DNA of 64,000 nt from an uncultured Candidatus Saccharibacteria bacterium. GTDB lineage: Bacteria; Patescibacteriota; WWE3; 2-01-FULL-39-13. The notes under the pieces were generated by a model. It had not been told where the DNA came from, did no database searches, and saw nothing but the letters and a program-made list of their open reading frames with translations. Every line of letters starts with the position of its first letter. Within the stretch, counting starts at the first letter, position 1. This document shows, one piece after another, positions 26,326-36,174 of the stretch. The translations under genes and the position numbers were made by a program. The DNA is taken from assembly GCA_965230915.1 (NCBI GenBank), contig OZ246395.1, forward strand, positions 536,935 to 600,934. The letters are read 5' to 3'.

Positions 26326-29265
26326 TTATTCTATGCCGTGCAGATATGGAAAGAATGTGAACGACTTCTCGGGTTCATTTGGCTCGCAATTCAGGTCAGC
26401 GAGACGAGGATATTGATGAACCCAATATTTATCGCCCTCCAAAACTACCGTATCGCCAGCGCTATCCGCAATAACAAGAACAACCCCACCAGGAACCGCC
26501 GACCCAACGATGGTATAGTCGATACCCTCGACAGTTGGCGTCAATACAATGGCGAATGGATCTTCGCAAGTCGGATCAGCAAACAGCGGTGGTGCAGTCT
26601 CTACAACTGTGGGCTGAACGCCACAAACCGTGTGGTCGCCCAAATCGATAACCTGAGGCGAGTAGTCACTCGGCAAAGTATAAGTCGGAGCGTTAGCTAC
26701 GGCCAATACAACGGCGATGTTTGCTGTCGGATTTTCCGGGTACACCGAATAACTGATCTGATCAGTATCGTCGGGGACCTCAACCAAACCGACTTCGTTA
26801 CATGCCCCTGGCTCGATTACATCGAACAATGCCAATTTGGGCACCACAACAGTAGGCTTGAAAGTGCAATCAGGCGCCGCCGGGTAAGTATGACTCCATT
26901 GCGTATCACCTGTAAGAGTGAAAGCATTCGGATCAACCGATTCGCGCAACTCTGCACTAACAGTGACCGACTTGCTAGGTTCAACTTCACCGACATACGA
27001 ATAGCGAATGAAATCGCTATTATCGAAATTGATAGAGGCATCAACCTCGCAAGTCGGATCAACAAACTCAGGCGCAACCGTTTCGACTTCAATCGGTGGC
27101 ACAGAACAATCCGGGGCAACACTGAAATCATGAATCCACGTTGACGATCCAACAATCTCAAAGAAAGTCGGGTCGACAGAATTGCGCAATTCAGCGGTCA
27201 CAGTGACGCGCTCGCCTGCAGCAACCGAACCATCTGTGTCGTACTTGATAAAATCGTCTTCCGGAGTGATTACATCGGCGACAACAGAACAAGTTTCTTC
27301 AACAAACGTCGGTGCAGTTGCTGTTAACTGAGTCGGTTCGACAGTGCAATCGGGCGCTTCATCGAATGTGTGAGACCAAAGCTTAGGTTCCATAAGCGTA
27401 TAGCTTTCAGAATCCACCGATTGTCGCAATTGTGCTCCAACTTCGACGAACTGGCCTGCTGAAACCGTACCGGTAACTACATAAGACACAAAATCAGTGT
27501 CAGATGTAACAACCTGGGCCGGCGTTTCGCATGTCTGTTCTTCGAAAACTGGCGCTTCTGCCATCAGTTCGATCGGATCTACGCATTCAACAAAATCACC
27601 CAAATACACGGCAAACTGCCAATCTGGGTTGGTTGAAACAAAACCATCTTCGACTTCGTGTGTTACAACAACAAACCCTTCGATCGGATCGACAGGATCC
27701 ACCAAATAGGTAATGTGTTCTGTCGTGGCCGGAGTTACCGAGCCTTCAACACCACACACACCTTCAGGAATTATCGTAACTTGCGGATTCTCTGGCATCA
27801 CACTCACAGGACAATTGAGAGATTCAACCGTCACAAAAGTGTGGGACCAACTGATCTCTCCAACAGCCATCTTATTCTTGATGCTGGCTTTGAGACTCGC
27901 ATTCACTTCAACGGTACTACCTGGCGTTGTTTCTCCCATAACTTCGTAAACGAAGTCGTTGTCGGGGAAAGAAACCGACGCACTCTGCATGGAACATGTC
28001 GGTTCATTGAATGTCGGGTCGTCAGGTTCGACCGAGTCGGGTGCGAATGTGTATTTTACACACCCAATGGTCAAGTCCTGTATGATTCCGCCACCAAAAA
28101 CGCCACTTCCCAAAGCAAAGCCGACGGCCAAAGCATGAGCATCTGGATATGCATCCAAGATCTTATACATCTCGCCTTGGACTGGGTAACCCTGAGATGG
28201 GTAACCAATATTCGGCAACCCCGGGAAAGTAGTAGTGTTAATGGAATTACTCCACCAAACATCACCATAATAGCCGGGTTCATACGCCATATAGCCATCG
28301 AAAGTGCCATTGTTGTCGAGATCAACCTTAAGCTGAAGTCCTGCAGGGGGAGTAACCGAATAACCGCTGATAGCAGCATAAGTAAGTGACAAAGTTCCGG
28401 TAGTCCCGATTTCCTTCAAATGGAAGTTAATCGGGTAATAACCCTTTACCTTGTCCTGACCTGTAGTGCCATTTGTATGGATCAACAAACCTTGCGGCGA
28501 TGCCCCATTTTGCGCGACAAACTCGTAATAGCCCGACGTGCCGGTCTCTGTGTCGAGATCCCAACCCTGTCGGTTGCTAAAAGTTATCGGCTCAGCGTTA
28601 GTCACCTCGTCGCAGGCCAGAGGCTCAGAGACGAAATAGGTTGTCTTGCAGTCGAATGTGATCGACTTAAGCACTGAAGTGCCAGGCTGATATGATCCGT
28701 AAGAAACTCCATATGCCACAACCATGAGATTAGGATTGGCAGTAAGAATTTCATCAAGATCAACCTGATGCCGTGTCTCGTAAGGCTCGGCAGTTTGATT
28801 TGCGGCATTCGGAACGCCCAGATCTGTGCCTGTTCGCCACCAATAGCCGTCAAACACGCCCTTATTGTCGGGATCATTGTAAACCTGCTCCCAAACAAGA
28901 GTTGCACCAGGATCACCATCAGACCACCCAGTTACCGCAAGTTGATATGTCGCGGTACCGGTACGATCAAAATCGAGCGAGTCAATTTCAGAAAGAGGTA
29001 CATTGACCTCTTTCATCAAAAACACTTTCGACAGATTCTGCGGGTTCACCATCTCCAAGCCGTTAGGCGTGAACATGTACGAACCTTCAAATGTTCCGTT
29101 GTAATTGTTACTTACAACCCAGCCATCCAAAGCATAGGGTGTAACAATTACCTCAGAGTCTTCGCAGATTGCATCTCCCGGAAAGACCGCCTGCGCACTC
29201 CCATAGGACAAAACATTCATGAAAAGCGCGCATACCAAAATCCCCAATACCATCCTAAAACGCAT
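26326..29265 (-). CDS. large secreted Cys-containing tandem-repeat protein (adhesin-like), GC-rich
   Basis: Start placed at MRFRMVLGILVCALFMNVLSYGSAQA (signal peptide, AAAGGA RBS 8 nt upstream). The track ORF extends to 29328. At least four ~85-aa repeats share the pattern ...(T/Q)C(E/S)...DF..Y...G.......V.V.A.L..S.D......(W)SHT(F/Y)..APDC(T/S). Markedly GC-rich relative to the flanks. Confidence 0.75.
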   Translation of the reverse strand: MRFRMVLGILVCALFMNVLSYGSAQAVFPGDAICEDSEVIVTPYALDGWVVSNNYNGTFEGSYMFTPNGLEMVNPQNLSKVFLMKEVNVPLSEIDSLDFDRTGTATYQLAVTGWSDGDPGATLVWEQVYNDPDNKGVFDGYWWRTGTDLGVPNAANQTAEPYETRHQVDLDEILTANPNLMVVAYGVSYGSYQPGTSVLKSITFDCKTTYFVSEPLACDEVTNAEPITFSNRQGWDLDTETGTSGYYEFVAQNGASPQGLLIHTNGTTGQDKVKGYYPINFHLKEIGTTGTLSLTYAAISGYSVTPPAGLQLKVDLDNNGTFDGYMAYEPGYYGDVWWSNSINTTTFPGLPNIGYPSQGYPVQGEMYKILDAYPDAHALAVGFALGSGVFGGGIIQDLTIGCVKYTFAPDSVEPDDPTFNEPTCSMQSASVSFPDNDFVYEVMGETTPGSTVEVNASLKASIKNKMAVGEISWSHTFVTVESLNCPVSVMPENPQVTIIPEGVCGVEGSVTPATTEHITYLVDPVDPIEGFVVVTHEVEDGFVSTNPDWQFAVYLGDFVECVDPIELMAEAPVFEEQTCETPAQVVTSDTDFVSYVVTGTVSAGQFVEVGAQLRQSVDSESYTLMEPKLWSHTFDEAPDCTVEPTQLTATAPTFVEETCSVVADVITPEDDFIKYDTDGSVAAGERVTVTAELRNSVDPTFFEIVGSSTWIHDFSVAPDCSVPPIEVETVAPEFVDPTCEVDASINFDNSDFIRYSYVGEVEPSKSVTVSAELRESVDPNAFTLTGDTQWSHTYPAAPDCTFKPTVVVPKLALFDVIEPGACNEVGLVEVPDDTDQISYSVYPENPTANIAVVLAVANAPTYTLPSDYSPQVIDLGDHTVCGVQPTVVETAPPLFADPTCEDPFAIVLTPTVEGIDYTIVGSAVPGGVVLVIADSAGDTVVLEGDKYWVHQYPRLADLNCEPNEPEKSFTFFPYLHGIE

Positions 29266-29421
29266 AGCAAGATCCTTTCTGATCTTCAGTGAAAACGTAG
29301 TTTCGGCAACATCCGTCACTATCCCCATTCAGGAATTGATATCCGTCTTGTGTGAATACCAACTAGTAAGTCTTCGTCGACTTGCTAATAGTCTGCCTTA
29401 AAATCTCGCGTTTTTGCGAAA

Positions 29422-29471
29422 TTTAGACGGATATAAAAATGGCAGATAAGCCACTTATAAATCCGTCTAAA
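29422..29471. promoter_or_regulatory. 17-bp inverted repeat (TTTAGACGGATATATAA / TTATAAATCCGTCTAAA), part of a cluster of four ATCCGTC/GACGGAT boxes upstream of the giant GC-rich gene
   Basis: Arms at 29422-29438 and 29455-29471, matching 16 of 17. Two further ATCCGTC copies lie at 29311-29317 and 29341-29347. Confidence 0.4.
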
Positions 29472-29617
29472 AAAAGGCAAACTATAAAATAGCGTCGCAA
29501 TGCTCCTCGCATGTGCTTCGCAAAAGTAATCATCAGTTTTTAAAAGTGCTAAAACACCTGAAAATTTTAGCATCGATGGCAAGCTTGTCCAACCTATAAC
29601 CTTTGTCTACAGAAATT

Positions 29618-29650
29618 AAAAAAGGGAGCCGCTAAGCTCCCTTTTATTTT
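29618..29650 (-). terminator. intrinsic terminator (bidirectional-looking) downstream of the Clp ATPase gene
   Basis: GGGAGC-cgctaa-GCTCCC hairpin (29624-29641). Plus strand has aaaaaa before and ttttatttt after, so the minus strand reads hairpin then a U-run. Confidence 0.65.
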
Positions 29651-29665
29651 GATTCAACCAAGCCC

Positions 29666-31774
29666 TTAAGCCACAACCGATACCTTGCTGCTCTCTTTTA
29701 CTTCAATAACCAAACCATTCTTATCTGCGTCAATACTTATTGTGTCACCCTTCTTGGCACCATTATCAATTATTAATCCTGATACCTGGTTTTCAATCTC
29801 TTTTTGAATTAACCGCTTTATAGGTCTTGCACCCATTTCAACGTTATATCCACTTTCGGCCAAGTATTTCTTAGCTTTCTCGCTGAATTTAACGTTTATA
29901 CCCGTCTCAGTTAATAAGTTTGTGAGTTGTGATAATTCAATATCAACTATTTCTTCTATGTCTTTAATTCTTAATGGCCTGAAGATGACTATATCGTCAA
30001 TACGATTCAAGAATTCTGGTCTAAACTGAGCTTTTAATGAATCCTCTAATCTTGTTTTTATAGATTTATAAGCTTCATCGGCTACTTCATCTTCTTTCAT
30101 TTCAACTTCGGTAAAGCCTATTCTTTCCTTTTTTAGGTATTCTGACCCTACATTAGAAGTCATAATAATAATCGTATTCTTAAAATCTACGGTCATACCG
30201 TGACCATCTGTCATACGTCCGTCATCCATAACCTGCAAAAGAATATTAAAGACATCGGTATGAGCTTTTTCGATTTCATCGAATAATACGATACTGAATG
30301 GTTTTCTTTTTACTTTGTCGGTTAATTGACCGCCTTCTTCGAAACCAACGTAGCCTGGTGGCGAGCCGATTAGGCGAGCCACATTATGACGCTCGTTAAA
30401 TTCACTCATATCGACTCTTATTAAGTAATCTTCTGATCCATATAGTGTTTCTGCTAATGCTTTTGCTAGCTGGGTTTTTCCAACTCCAGTTGGTCCTAAG
30501 AACATAAATACGCCAATCGGTCTATTTAAATGGCGAACACCTGCTCTTGCACGACGAATAGCTTGAGCTACAATTTCGACCGGTTCATCTTGTCCAACAA
30601 CCTTTTTCTTTAATTCTTTTTCTAGATTTTGTAGTCTTAGTCTTTCATCTTGGGTTAATTCACTTAGTGGAATTCCAGTCGCAATCGAGACAACCGCTGC
30701 TACGTGTTTTTCATCCAAAACTGGAGTTTTTTCGAGTTTTGTTTGAACCCAAAGCTCTGTTAATTCTTTTTTGACTTGTGAAAGTCTTTCGATTTCTGCT
30801 TCTATTTTCTTTTGTTTTTCGATATCTTCTTCAGCCATTATTTCTCGATCGAGCTGCTCGAGTTGTGCTGTAACCTCTTTAAGGTTTTCTGGTTCTTGTG
30901 AAGCCAATTCTAGTCTTAAAGCTGCTCCAGCCTCGTCGATTAAATCTATAGCCTTATCAGGCAAAAATTTGTCTGAAATATATCTGGAAGAAAGCCTTAC
31001 TGCTGACTCAATAGCGTCGTTAGTGATTTTGATCTGGTGATGATCTTCGTAACTCTTTCTTAAGCCCTGTAAAATTCGCTTTGTGTGTTCGAATGATGGT
31101 TCATCGACCATTATCTGCTGAAATCTACGCTCTAAAGCAGCGTCTTTTTCAATAATTCTATATTCTTTTATAGTTGTTGCTCCGATTAGCTGAAGTTCAC
31201 CGCGAGCCAAATATGGTTTTAGAATATTGGCTGCATCCATTGAACCCTGAGCACTTCCTGCACCAATTAAGGTATGAAGCTCATCAATAAACAAGATTAC
31301 CTGACCTTTTGTCTTTATAACTTCTTCGATTATCTCTTTTAATCGTTTTTCAAAAGATCCTCGGTGAGCTGTTCCGGCAATCATGGCGGCTAAATCTAGC
31401 GCAACCAAGCGTTTATTTCGTAATGGCTCGGGAACACTTCCGTCATATAACTTTTGAGCCAAACCTTCAACTATTGCTGTTTTACCAACACCAGGTTCTC
31501 CGATTAAAACCGGATTATTCTTTTTTCTTCTTGAAAGTATATGAATCACACGATCAATCTCTTTTTCGCGACCAATAACAGGGTCTAATTTACCCTCACG
31601 AGCATAGTCGGTTAAGTCTTTGCTAAATTGATTAAGTGATTCTGTGACTTGAGATTCTTTTCTTAAATCTTCAAAACATTGTTCGCAAAGGGACATGTAA
31701 ACTAAGCGTCCATTTATATTCATTGCGGTTTGATGCTTTGCTTCTCGTTTTCTACAATTGCTACAAACTACCAT
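29666..31774 (-). CDS. Clp/Hsp100 AAA+ ATPase with N-terminal zinc-ribbon (ClpE/ClpC-like), two nucleotide-binding domains
   Basis: N-terminal CSNC....CEQC. Walker A motifs GEPGVGKT and GPTGVGKT. Short middle coiled coil (ClpC/E-like, not the long ClpB M-domain). Confidence 0.85.
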   Translation of the reverse strand: MVVCSNCRKREAKHQTAMNINGRLVYMSLCEQCFEDLRKESQVTESLNQFSKDLTDYAREGKLDPVIGREKEIDRVIHILSRRKKNNPVLIGEPGVGKTAIVEGLAQKLYDGSVPEPLRNKRLVALDLAAMIAGTAHRGSFEKRLKEIIEEVIKTKGQVILFIDELHTLIGAGSAQGSMDAANILKPYLARGELQLIGATTIKEYRIIEKDAALERRFQQIMVDEPSFEHTKRILQGLRKSYEDHHQIKITNDAIESAVRLSSRYISDKFLPDKAIDLIDEAGAALRLELASQEPENLKEVTAQLEQLDREIMAEEDIEKQKKIEAEIERLSQVKKELTELWVQTKLEKTPVLDEKHVAAVVSIATGIPLSELTQDERLRLQNLEKELKKKVVGQDEPVEIVAQAIRRARAGVRHLNRPIGVFMFLGPTGVGKTQLAKALAETLYGSEDYLIRVDMSEFNERHNVARLIGSPPGYVGFEEGGQLTDKVKRKPFSIVLFDEIEKAHTDVFNILLQVMDDGRMTDGHGMTVDFKNTIIIMTSNVGSEYLKKERIGFTEVEMKEDEVADEAYKSIKTRLEDSLKAQFRPEFLNRIDDIVIFRPLRIKDIEEIVDIELSQLTNLLTETGINVKFSEKAKKYLAESGYNVEMGARPIKRLIQKEIENQVSGLIIDNGAKKGDTISIDADKNGLVIEVKESSKVSVVA

Positions 31775-31928
31775 TTATATATGTTTTTTGCGGGGAAGTA
31801 GCTAAGCGACATGTTTTGCTACCTCATCGCTTAAATAATTAAATGCTTACTAAACTGAGTAAGCAAAACCGATATTATCACTCTCAAGGTTAAATTGCTA
31901 GTACCAAAATTGACGTATGTATTTTATC

Positions 31929-34900
31929 TTAATATGACTTGACCATTTTTTCTACCAATGAAAGTTTCGCAATAATATTATCTAAAACGTCCTGACTAAC
32001 TTTTCGGGTTACCTTAAATTTCCGTTCCTTACCTTCATTTTTTAGACAAACAATAACTTCAACATCACCAGGGTTCTCTAATAAAATATCCCGAAGCTGA
32101 GCAAGGTCATTTTGATTTGCAGACTCATGAATTATTAAAGTCACTTCTTTTTTAGCGGTCGCAAAATCTGAGACTTTCACTTCGCTAGTCGGATCAGATT
32201 CGTTTTCTTCCTCTGCACGGTCTAAATTTTTGATCATGTTAATCATTATGCTGATTTCGCCGTTTCGTTTGTTGCATCTTCCTGAGATTAAAACTACTTC
32301 ACCTTCTGCAATTTTGCCTTTGTATTTAACAAAATCTTTTGGAAATAAAACCGAATCCCAACTTTTATTCATGTCTTCTAGAGTTAAAAAGGCCATTGGA
32401 TCACCATTTTTTGTTGTGATATTTTTTATCCTGGAAATTAATCCGGCACCTGTGATTGATTTACCATCATCGGGCATTGTTTCGCTAATTTGTAAAATTC
32501 TTTCGTTCTTAAACATATCCATATAACGGGTAAGAGGATGTGAGCTGAAATAAATTCCCAAAAGTTCCCGTTCCCAACCCAGTCTTTGAGATACTGGAAT
32601 ATCAGGAGCATCTGGAATTGGAGTCGCCGCTATCATCGCGTCTTCCTTTTTTTCGCCTCCGCCAAAAATATCTAGCTGATCGACTTTTTTAGCTTTAGCT
32701 TCTTTGCTTCTCTTTGAGAGTAAATCCGGATAAAGTTTTAAAAGCCCACTTTGTCGACCAAGCGCGTTCATAGCTCCAACTTTTATTAAAGCATCCACCG
32801 TTCGCGAATTCGAAGATGGAACTCGGGCAATAAAGTCGTCTAAGCTTTTAAATTCTCCTTTTTCAATTCTAGATGCTACAAGTTCTTCGACAATATTGTG
32901 ACCAACATTTTTTATTCCATCTAAACCAAATCTCAAAGCTTTTTCTCCGCCTTCAGGAGTAAACTCAGAAAAACTCTTATTTATATCAGGCGCTAAAATT
33001 TCCAGATTCATATGTTTGGCTTCTTCTAAAGCCACAGTTAATTTATCTGGAAAATTCATGACCGATGTCATACGTGCTGCCATAAATTCTAATGGATAAT
33101 GTGCTTTAAGATATGCGGTCCAATATCCTAAAACAGCATAAGTTGCAGAGTGAGCTTTATTAAAACCATAGTTTGCAAATTCAACAAGATAATCAAAAAG
33201 TTTTGTAGCGATTTCTTCTGAAAATCCATTTTTAATACATCCAGCTTTAAATGTTTCTCCTTCTTTCTGCATTATTGCCATGACTTTTTTACCCATAGCA
33301 CGACGCAAAACATCTGCTTGTCCCATTGAGTAACCTGCAATATCAACTGCTATTCTTAAAACTTGTTCTTGATAAATGATATATCCAAATGTGTTTCCTA
33401 ATATTGGTTCTAGTTCTGGAGTAATGTATTCAGGTTGCTTTTTGCCGTGCTTACAGTCAATATAACCTTGAATAAATTGCATTGGACCTGGTCGATACGC
33501 AGCAGCCATAAAACATAAATCTTCTAAAGTCTCGGGATGCAATTCTTTTAAGAATCTTTTCATTCCAGCAGATTCAAATTGAAAAACCCCCGTTGTATTG
33601 CCATCTTGAAATAATTTGTAGGTTTTTTGGTCGTCGTATGGAACATTATAAATATCGATATCAATATTGTGACGGGCTTTAACGAGTTTTATTGTGTAGT
33701 CGATAATTGAAAGATTTTGTAATCCAAGAAAATCAAACTTCATTAAATCTAAATATTCGAGAGGACCCATTTCTAGCTGTGTAATGACTTTATCTTCGCT
33801 TCCACTTTCAAATTGGACTGGAACATAATCGGTAATCGGGTTGGGAGTGATTAAATATCCGCTCGCGTGTGTTGATGCATGTCGACACATTCCTTCAATT
33901 CGTGAAACAATATTCGCCATTTGAGTTAACTTGGCATCTGAGTCAACCATATTCTTAAACTCGCTGCTATGTTCCATCATCCATGAAATTGGTTTAGGCT
34001 TTCCAAAATTCACTTCAACCATTTTCGAAAGAGTGTCAGCAATATTTAGGTCAATGTTTAATACTCTCGATACATCGCGAATTGCGATACGAGTTGCAAG
34101 TTTTCCAAATGTAATAATTCCGCAAAAACTATCTTTGCCATATTTTTCTTCGACGTATTTTAATACTTCGTCGCGACGTGAATCCTGAATATCCATATCA
34201 ATATCTGGAGGACTCGGACGTTCAGGATTTAAGAAACGTTCAAAATATAATTCCCAACCTATAGGTTCGATGTTAATAATTCCTAAACAATAGGCAACGG
34301 CGCTTCCACCGACGGATCCTCGAGCTCCGACAATTATTTTCTGTTCTCGTGCCCAATTCAAAATATCGCGAACAACTAAAAAATAGTCATCGTAACCCTT
34401 ATCGTGAATAACACCGAGTTCCATTTCTAAACGTTCTTTAATTTCCGGTGTTACATCTTTATATAACTTTTCAGCACCTTCAAAAGTTAATTGCTTAAGA
34501 AGTTCTTCTGAAGTAATACCTTCTGGCATATCAGGATACCTTGGCTGAACACGGTCATATCCGACTTTATAAAATTCGACTTTATCGGCGATTTTTTGTG
34601 TATTTTCTAAAACCTCCGGAATATCCGACCAAATTCTGGCCATCTCATCTGCAGGTTTTATATAAGTATGTTTATATGCACGCCGGCGTTCAGGATCGTC
34701 AATTTTTCTTCCATCTTTAATTGCAAATAAAACTTCCTGTGTTTGTTCGTCGTCTGCGGTCAAATAATGTGCATCAGTTGTTGCGACAAGCGGAATATTA
34801 TACTTTTTAGCCCATTCGCGTATCTGCAAATTAATTTTGACTTGCTCCTTCATGAAGTTAAACTGCTCTTCTTCAAAATCTTTCGGATTTAAATCAGAAA

Positions 34901-35468
34901 CATCATCTTTGCCTTCAAAACCATGTCGTTGGAGTTCCAAATAAAAATCATCTTTATATATACCGTGTAAGATTTTTAGCCACTCTTCAGCTTTGGCAGG
35001 TTCGTCGCGCAAAATGTGACGACCTAGAGGTCCCGCTGGACAAGCTGACGTACAAATAATTCCTTCTGAATATTCTTTTAGGAGTTCTACATCTGCACGC
35101 GGTTTATAATAGTAACCTTCAATTTGTGCGCGTGAGACCAATTTTATTAAGTTATGATAACCGGTTAAATTTTTTGCGAGTAAAAGCAAATGATAATATT
35201 TGATTCCGTCAACTTCTTCGCGTAATTGACGACCAGTTGGAGAAACATAAATTTCACATCCAATAATTGGTTTTATTTCAGCCTCTTTGCAATTTTTCCA
35301 GAATTCGTACATGCCATACATTACACCGTGGTCGGTCAATGCAATCGCATTCATTCCCAACTCTTTTGCATACGTGACCATTTTAGGAATTCTATTGAGG
35401 CCATCGAGCATTGAATACTCGGTATGGACGTGCAAATGCACGAATGGCAGATTTGACGTTTCGTTCAT
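31929..35468 (-). CDS. dnaE: DNA polymerase III alpha subunit DnaE
   Basis: 1179 aa. PHP domain start FVHLHVHTEYSMLDG, polymerase core, and a C-terminal OB-fold region. Confidence 0.95.
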   Translation of the reverse strand: MNETSNLPFVHLHVHTEYSMLDGLNRIPKMVTYAKELGMNAIALTDHGVMYGMYEFWKNCKEAEIKPIIGCEIYVSPTGRQLREEVDGIKYYHLLLLAKNLTGYHNLIKLVSRAQIEGYYYKPRADVELLKEYSEGIICTSACPAGPLGRHILRDEPAKAEEWLKILHGIYKDDFYLELQRHGFEGKDDVSDLNPKDFEEEQFNFMKEQVKINLQIREWAKKYNIPLVATTDAHYLTADDEQTQEVLFAIKDGRKIDDPERRRAYKHTYIKPADEMARIWSDIPEVLENTQKIADKVEFYKVGYDRVQPRYPDMPEGITSEELLKQLTFEGAEKLYKDVTPEIKERLEMELGVIHDKGYDDYFLVVRDILNWAREQKIIVGARGSVGGSAVAYCLGIINIEPIGWELYFERFLNPERPSPPDIDMDIQDSRRDEVLKYVEEKYGKDSFCGIITFGKLATRIAIRDVSRVLNIDLNIADTLSKMVEVNFGKPKPISWMMEHSSEFKNMVDSDAKLTQMANIVSRIEGMCRHASTHASGYLITPNPITDYVPVQFESGSEDKVITQLEMGPLEYLDLMKFDFLGLQNLSIIDYTIKLVKARHNIDIDIYNVPYDDQKTYKLFQDGNTTGVFQFESAGMKRFLKELHPETLEDLCFMAAAYRPGPMQFIQGYIDCKHGKKQPEYITPELEPILGNTFGYIIYQEQVLRIAVDIAGYSMGQADVLRRAMGKKVMAIMQKEGETFKAGCIKNGFSEEIATKLFDYLVEFANYGFNKAHSATYAVLGYWTAYLKAHYPLEFMAARMTSVMNFPDKLTVALEEAKHMNLEILAPDINKSFSEFTPEGGEKALRFGLDGIKNVGHNIVEELVASRIEKGEFKSLDDFIARVPSSNSRTVDALIKVGAMNALGRQSGLLKLYPDLLSKRSKEAKAKKVDQLDIFGGGEKKEDAMIAATPIPDAPDIPVSQRLGWERELLGIYFSSHPLTRYMDMFKNERILQISETMPDDGKSITGAGLISRIKNITTKNGDPMAFLTLEDMNKSWDSVLFPKDFVKYKGKIAEGEVVLISGRCNKRNGEISIMINMIKNLDRAEEENESDPTSEVKVSDFATAKKEVTLIIHESANQNDLAQLRDILLENPGDVEVIVCLKNEGKERKFKVTRKVSQDVLDNIIAKLSLVEKMVKSY

Positions 35469-35528
35469 ATGGATGTTCTTATACTAACGCACCCGAAGAA
35501 GACGCACAACAGGATTATAAAGCTTAAT

Positions 35529-36173
35529 TTACTGACTAATTTGTGGTAATAAATATTCTTCGATAGGCTCCTTATATAAGAGCCAATTATGATGATGGTT
35601 TGGAACGGACACTAAAGCTGTTTTTTGGAATAATTCTTTGTACTTTTCATATTTAGTAATTGGACAAATTAAATCTTTTTCACTCCAGACAAAAGTTGCA
35701 TCTAATTCTAGTTTTTTATCAAAATTAATTTTCTTATTATAGTTTTGCTGTAAATAAGCAATATCAATTAATGGAAATAGCATTTTATGCGCCGTCTTAA
35801 TTGCATCAAAAAGCTGATTCTGTTTATACATGTCTAAAACTCTGTAGTAAGAAGATGTAAAAGAATTTCCGACATTTTCGATCAAAGGATTAACAAAGAT
35901 TATTTTTGCAGGCTTAAAATCGTGGTTTTTGAAATAATCATATAGAAAAGATCCTCCCATCGAATAGGCAATCAAAATAGTATCTTTAAAGTCATCCTCT
36001 TTTAATTCATCGAGAATTTTAGCGAAAACTTCATCGTTTAAAGTATTACCAAATCCCCTATATTTTTTATAATCGAGAACCTTACAGTCTATATTATGCG
36101 AGGAAAATATTTCAGAAAGAAGTGAAAATTTTTCGGCTGAATCCCAAAAACCAGGTGTAAATATTACTTTCAT
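35529..36173 (-). CDS. alpha/beta-hydrolase-fold protein (GxSxG: YSMGG)
   Basis: 214 aa. Nucleophile elbow IAYSMGGSF and a late His (NHHHNW) consistent with a small esterase or thioesterase. Confidence 0.5.
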   Translation of the reverse strand: MKVIFTPGFWDSAEKFSLLSEIFSSHNIDCKVLDYKKYRGFGNTLNDEVFAKILDELKEDDFKDTILIAYSMGGSFLYDYFKNHDFKPAKIIFVNPLIENVGNSFTSSYYRVLDMYKQNQLFDAIKTAHKMLFPLIDIAYLQQNYNKKINFDKKLELDATFVWSEKDLICPITKYEKYKELFQKTALVSVPNHHHNWLLYKEPIEEYLLPQISQ

Positions 36174-36174
36174 A

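Noticed and set aside
26338-29292. Multiple 70-270-aa plus-strand ORFs inside the giant gene
   Set aside because: GC-rich coding sequence generates long antisense ORFs. The minus-strand frame is continuous for 1000 codons with periodic repeats.
31775-31928. Terminator between clp and dnaE (GCTTACT-aaactg-AGTAAGC)
   Set aside because: Short 7-bp stem without an adjacent U-run in the required orientation.
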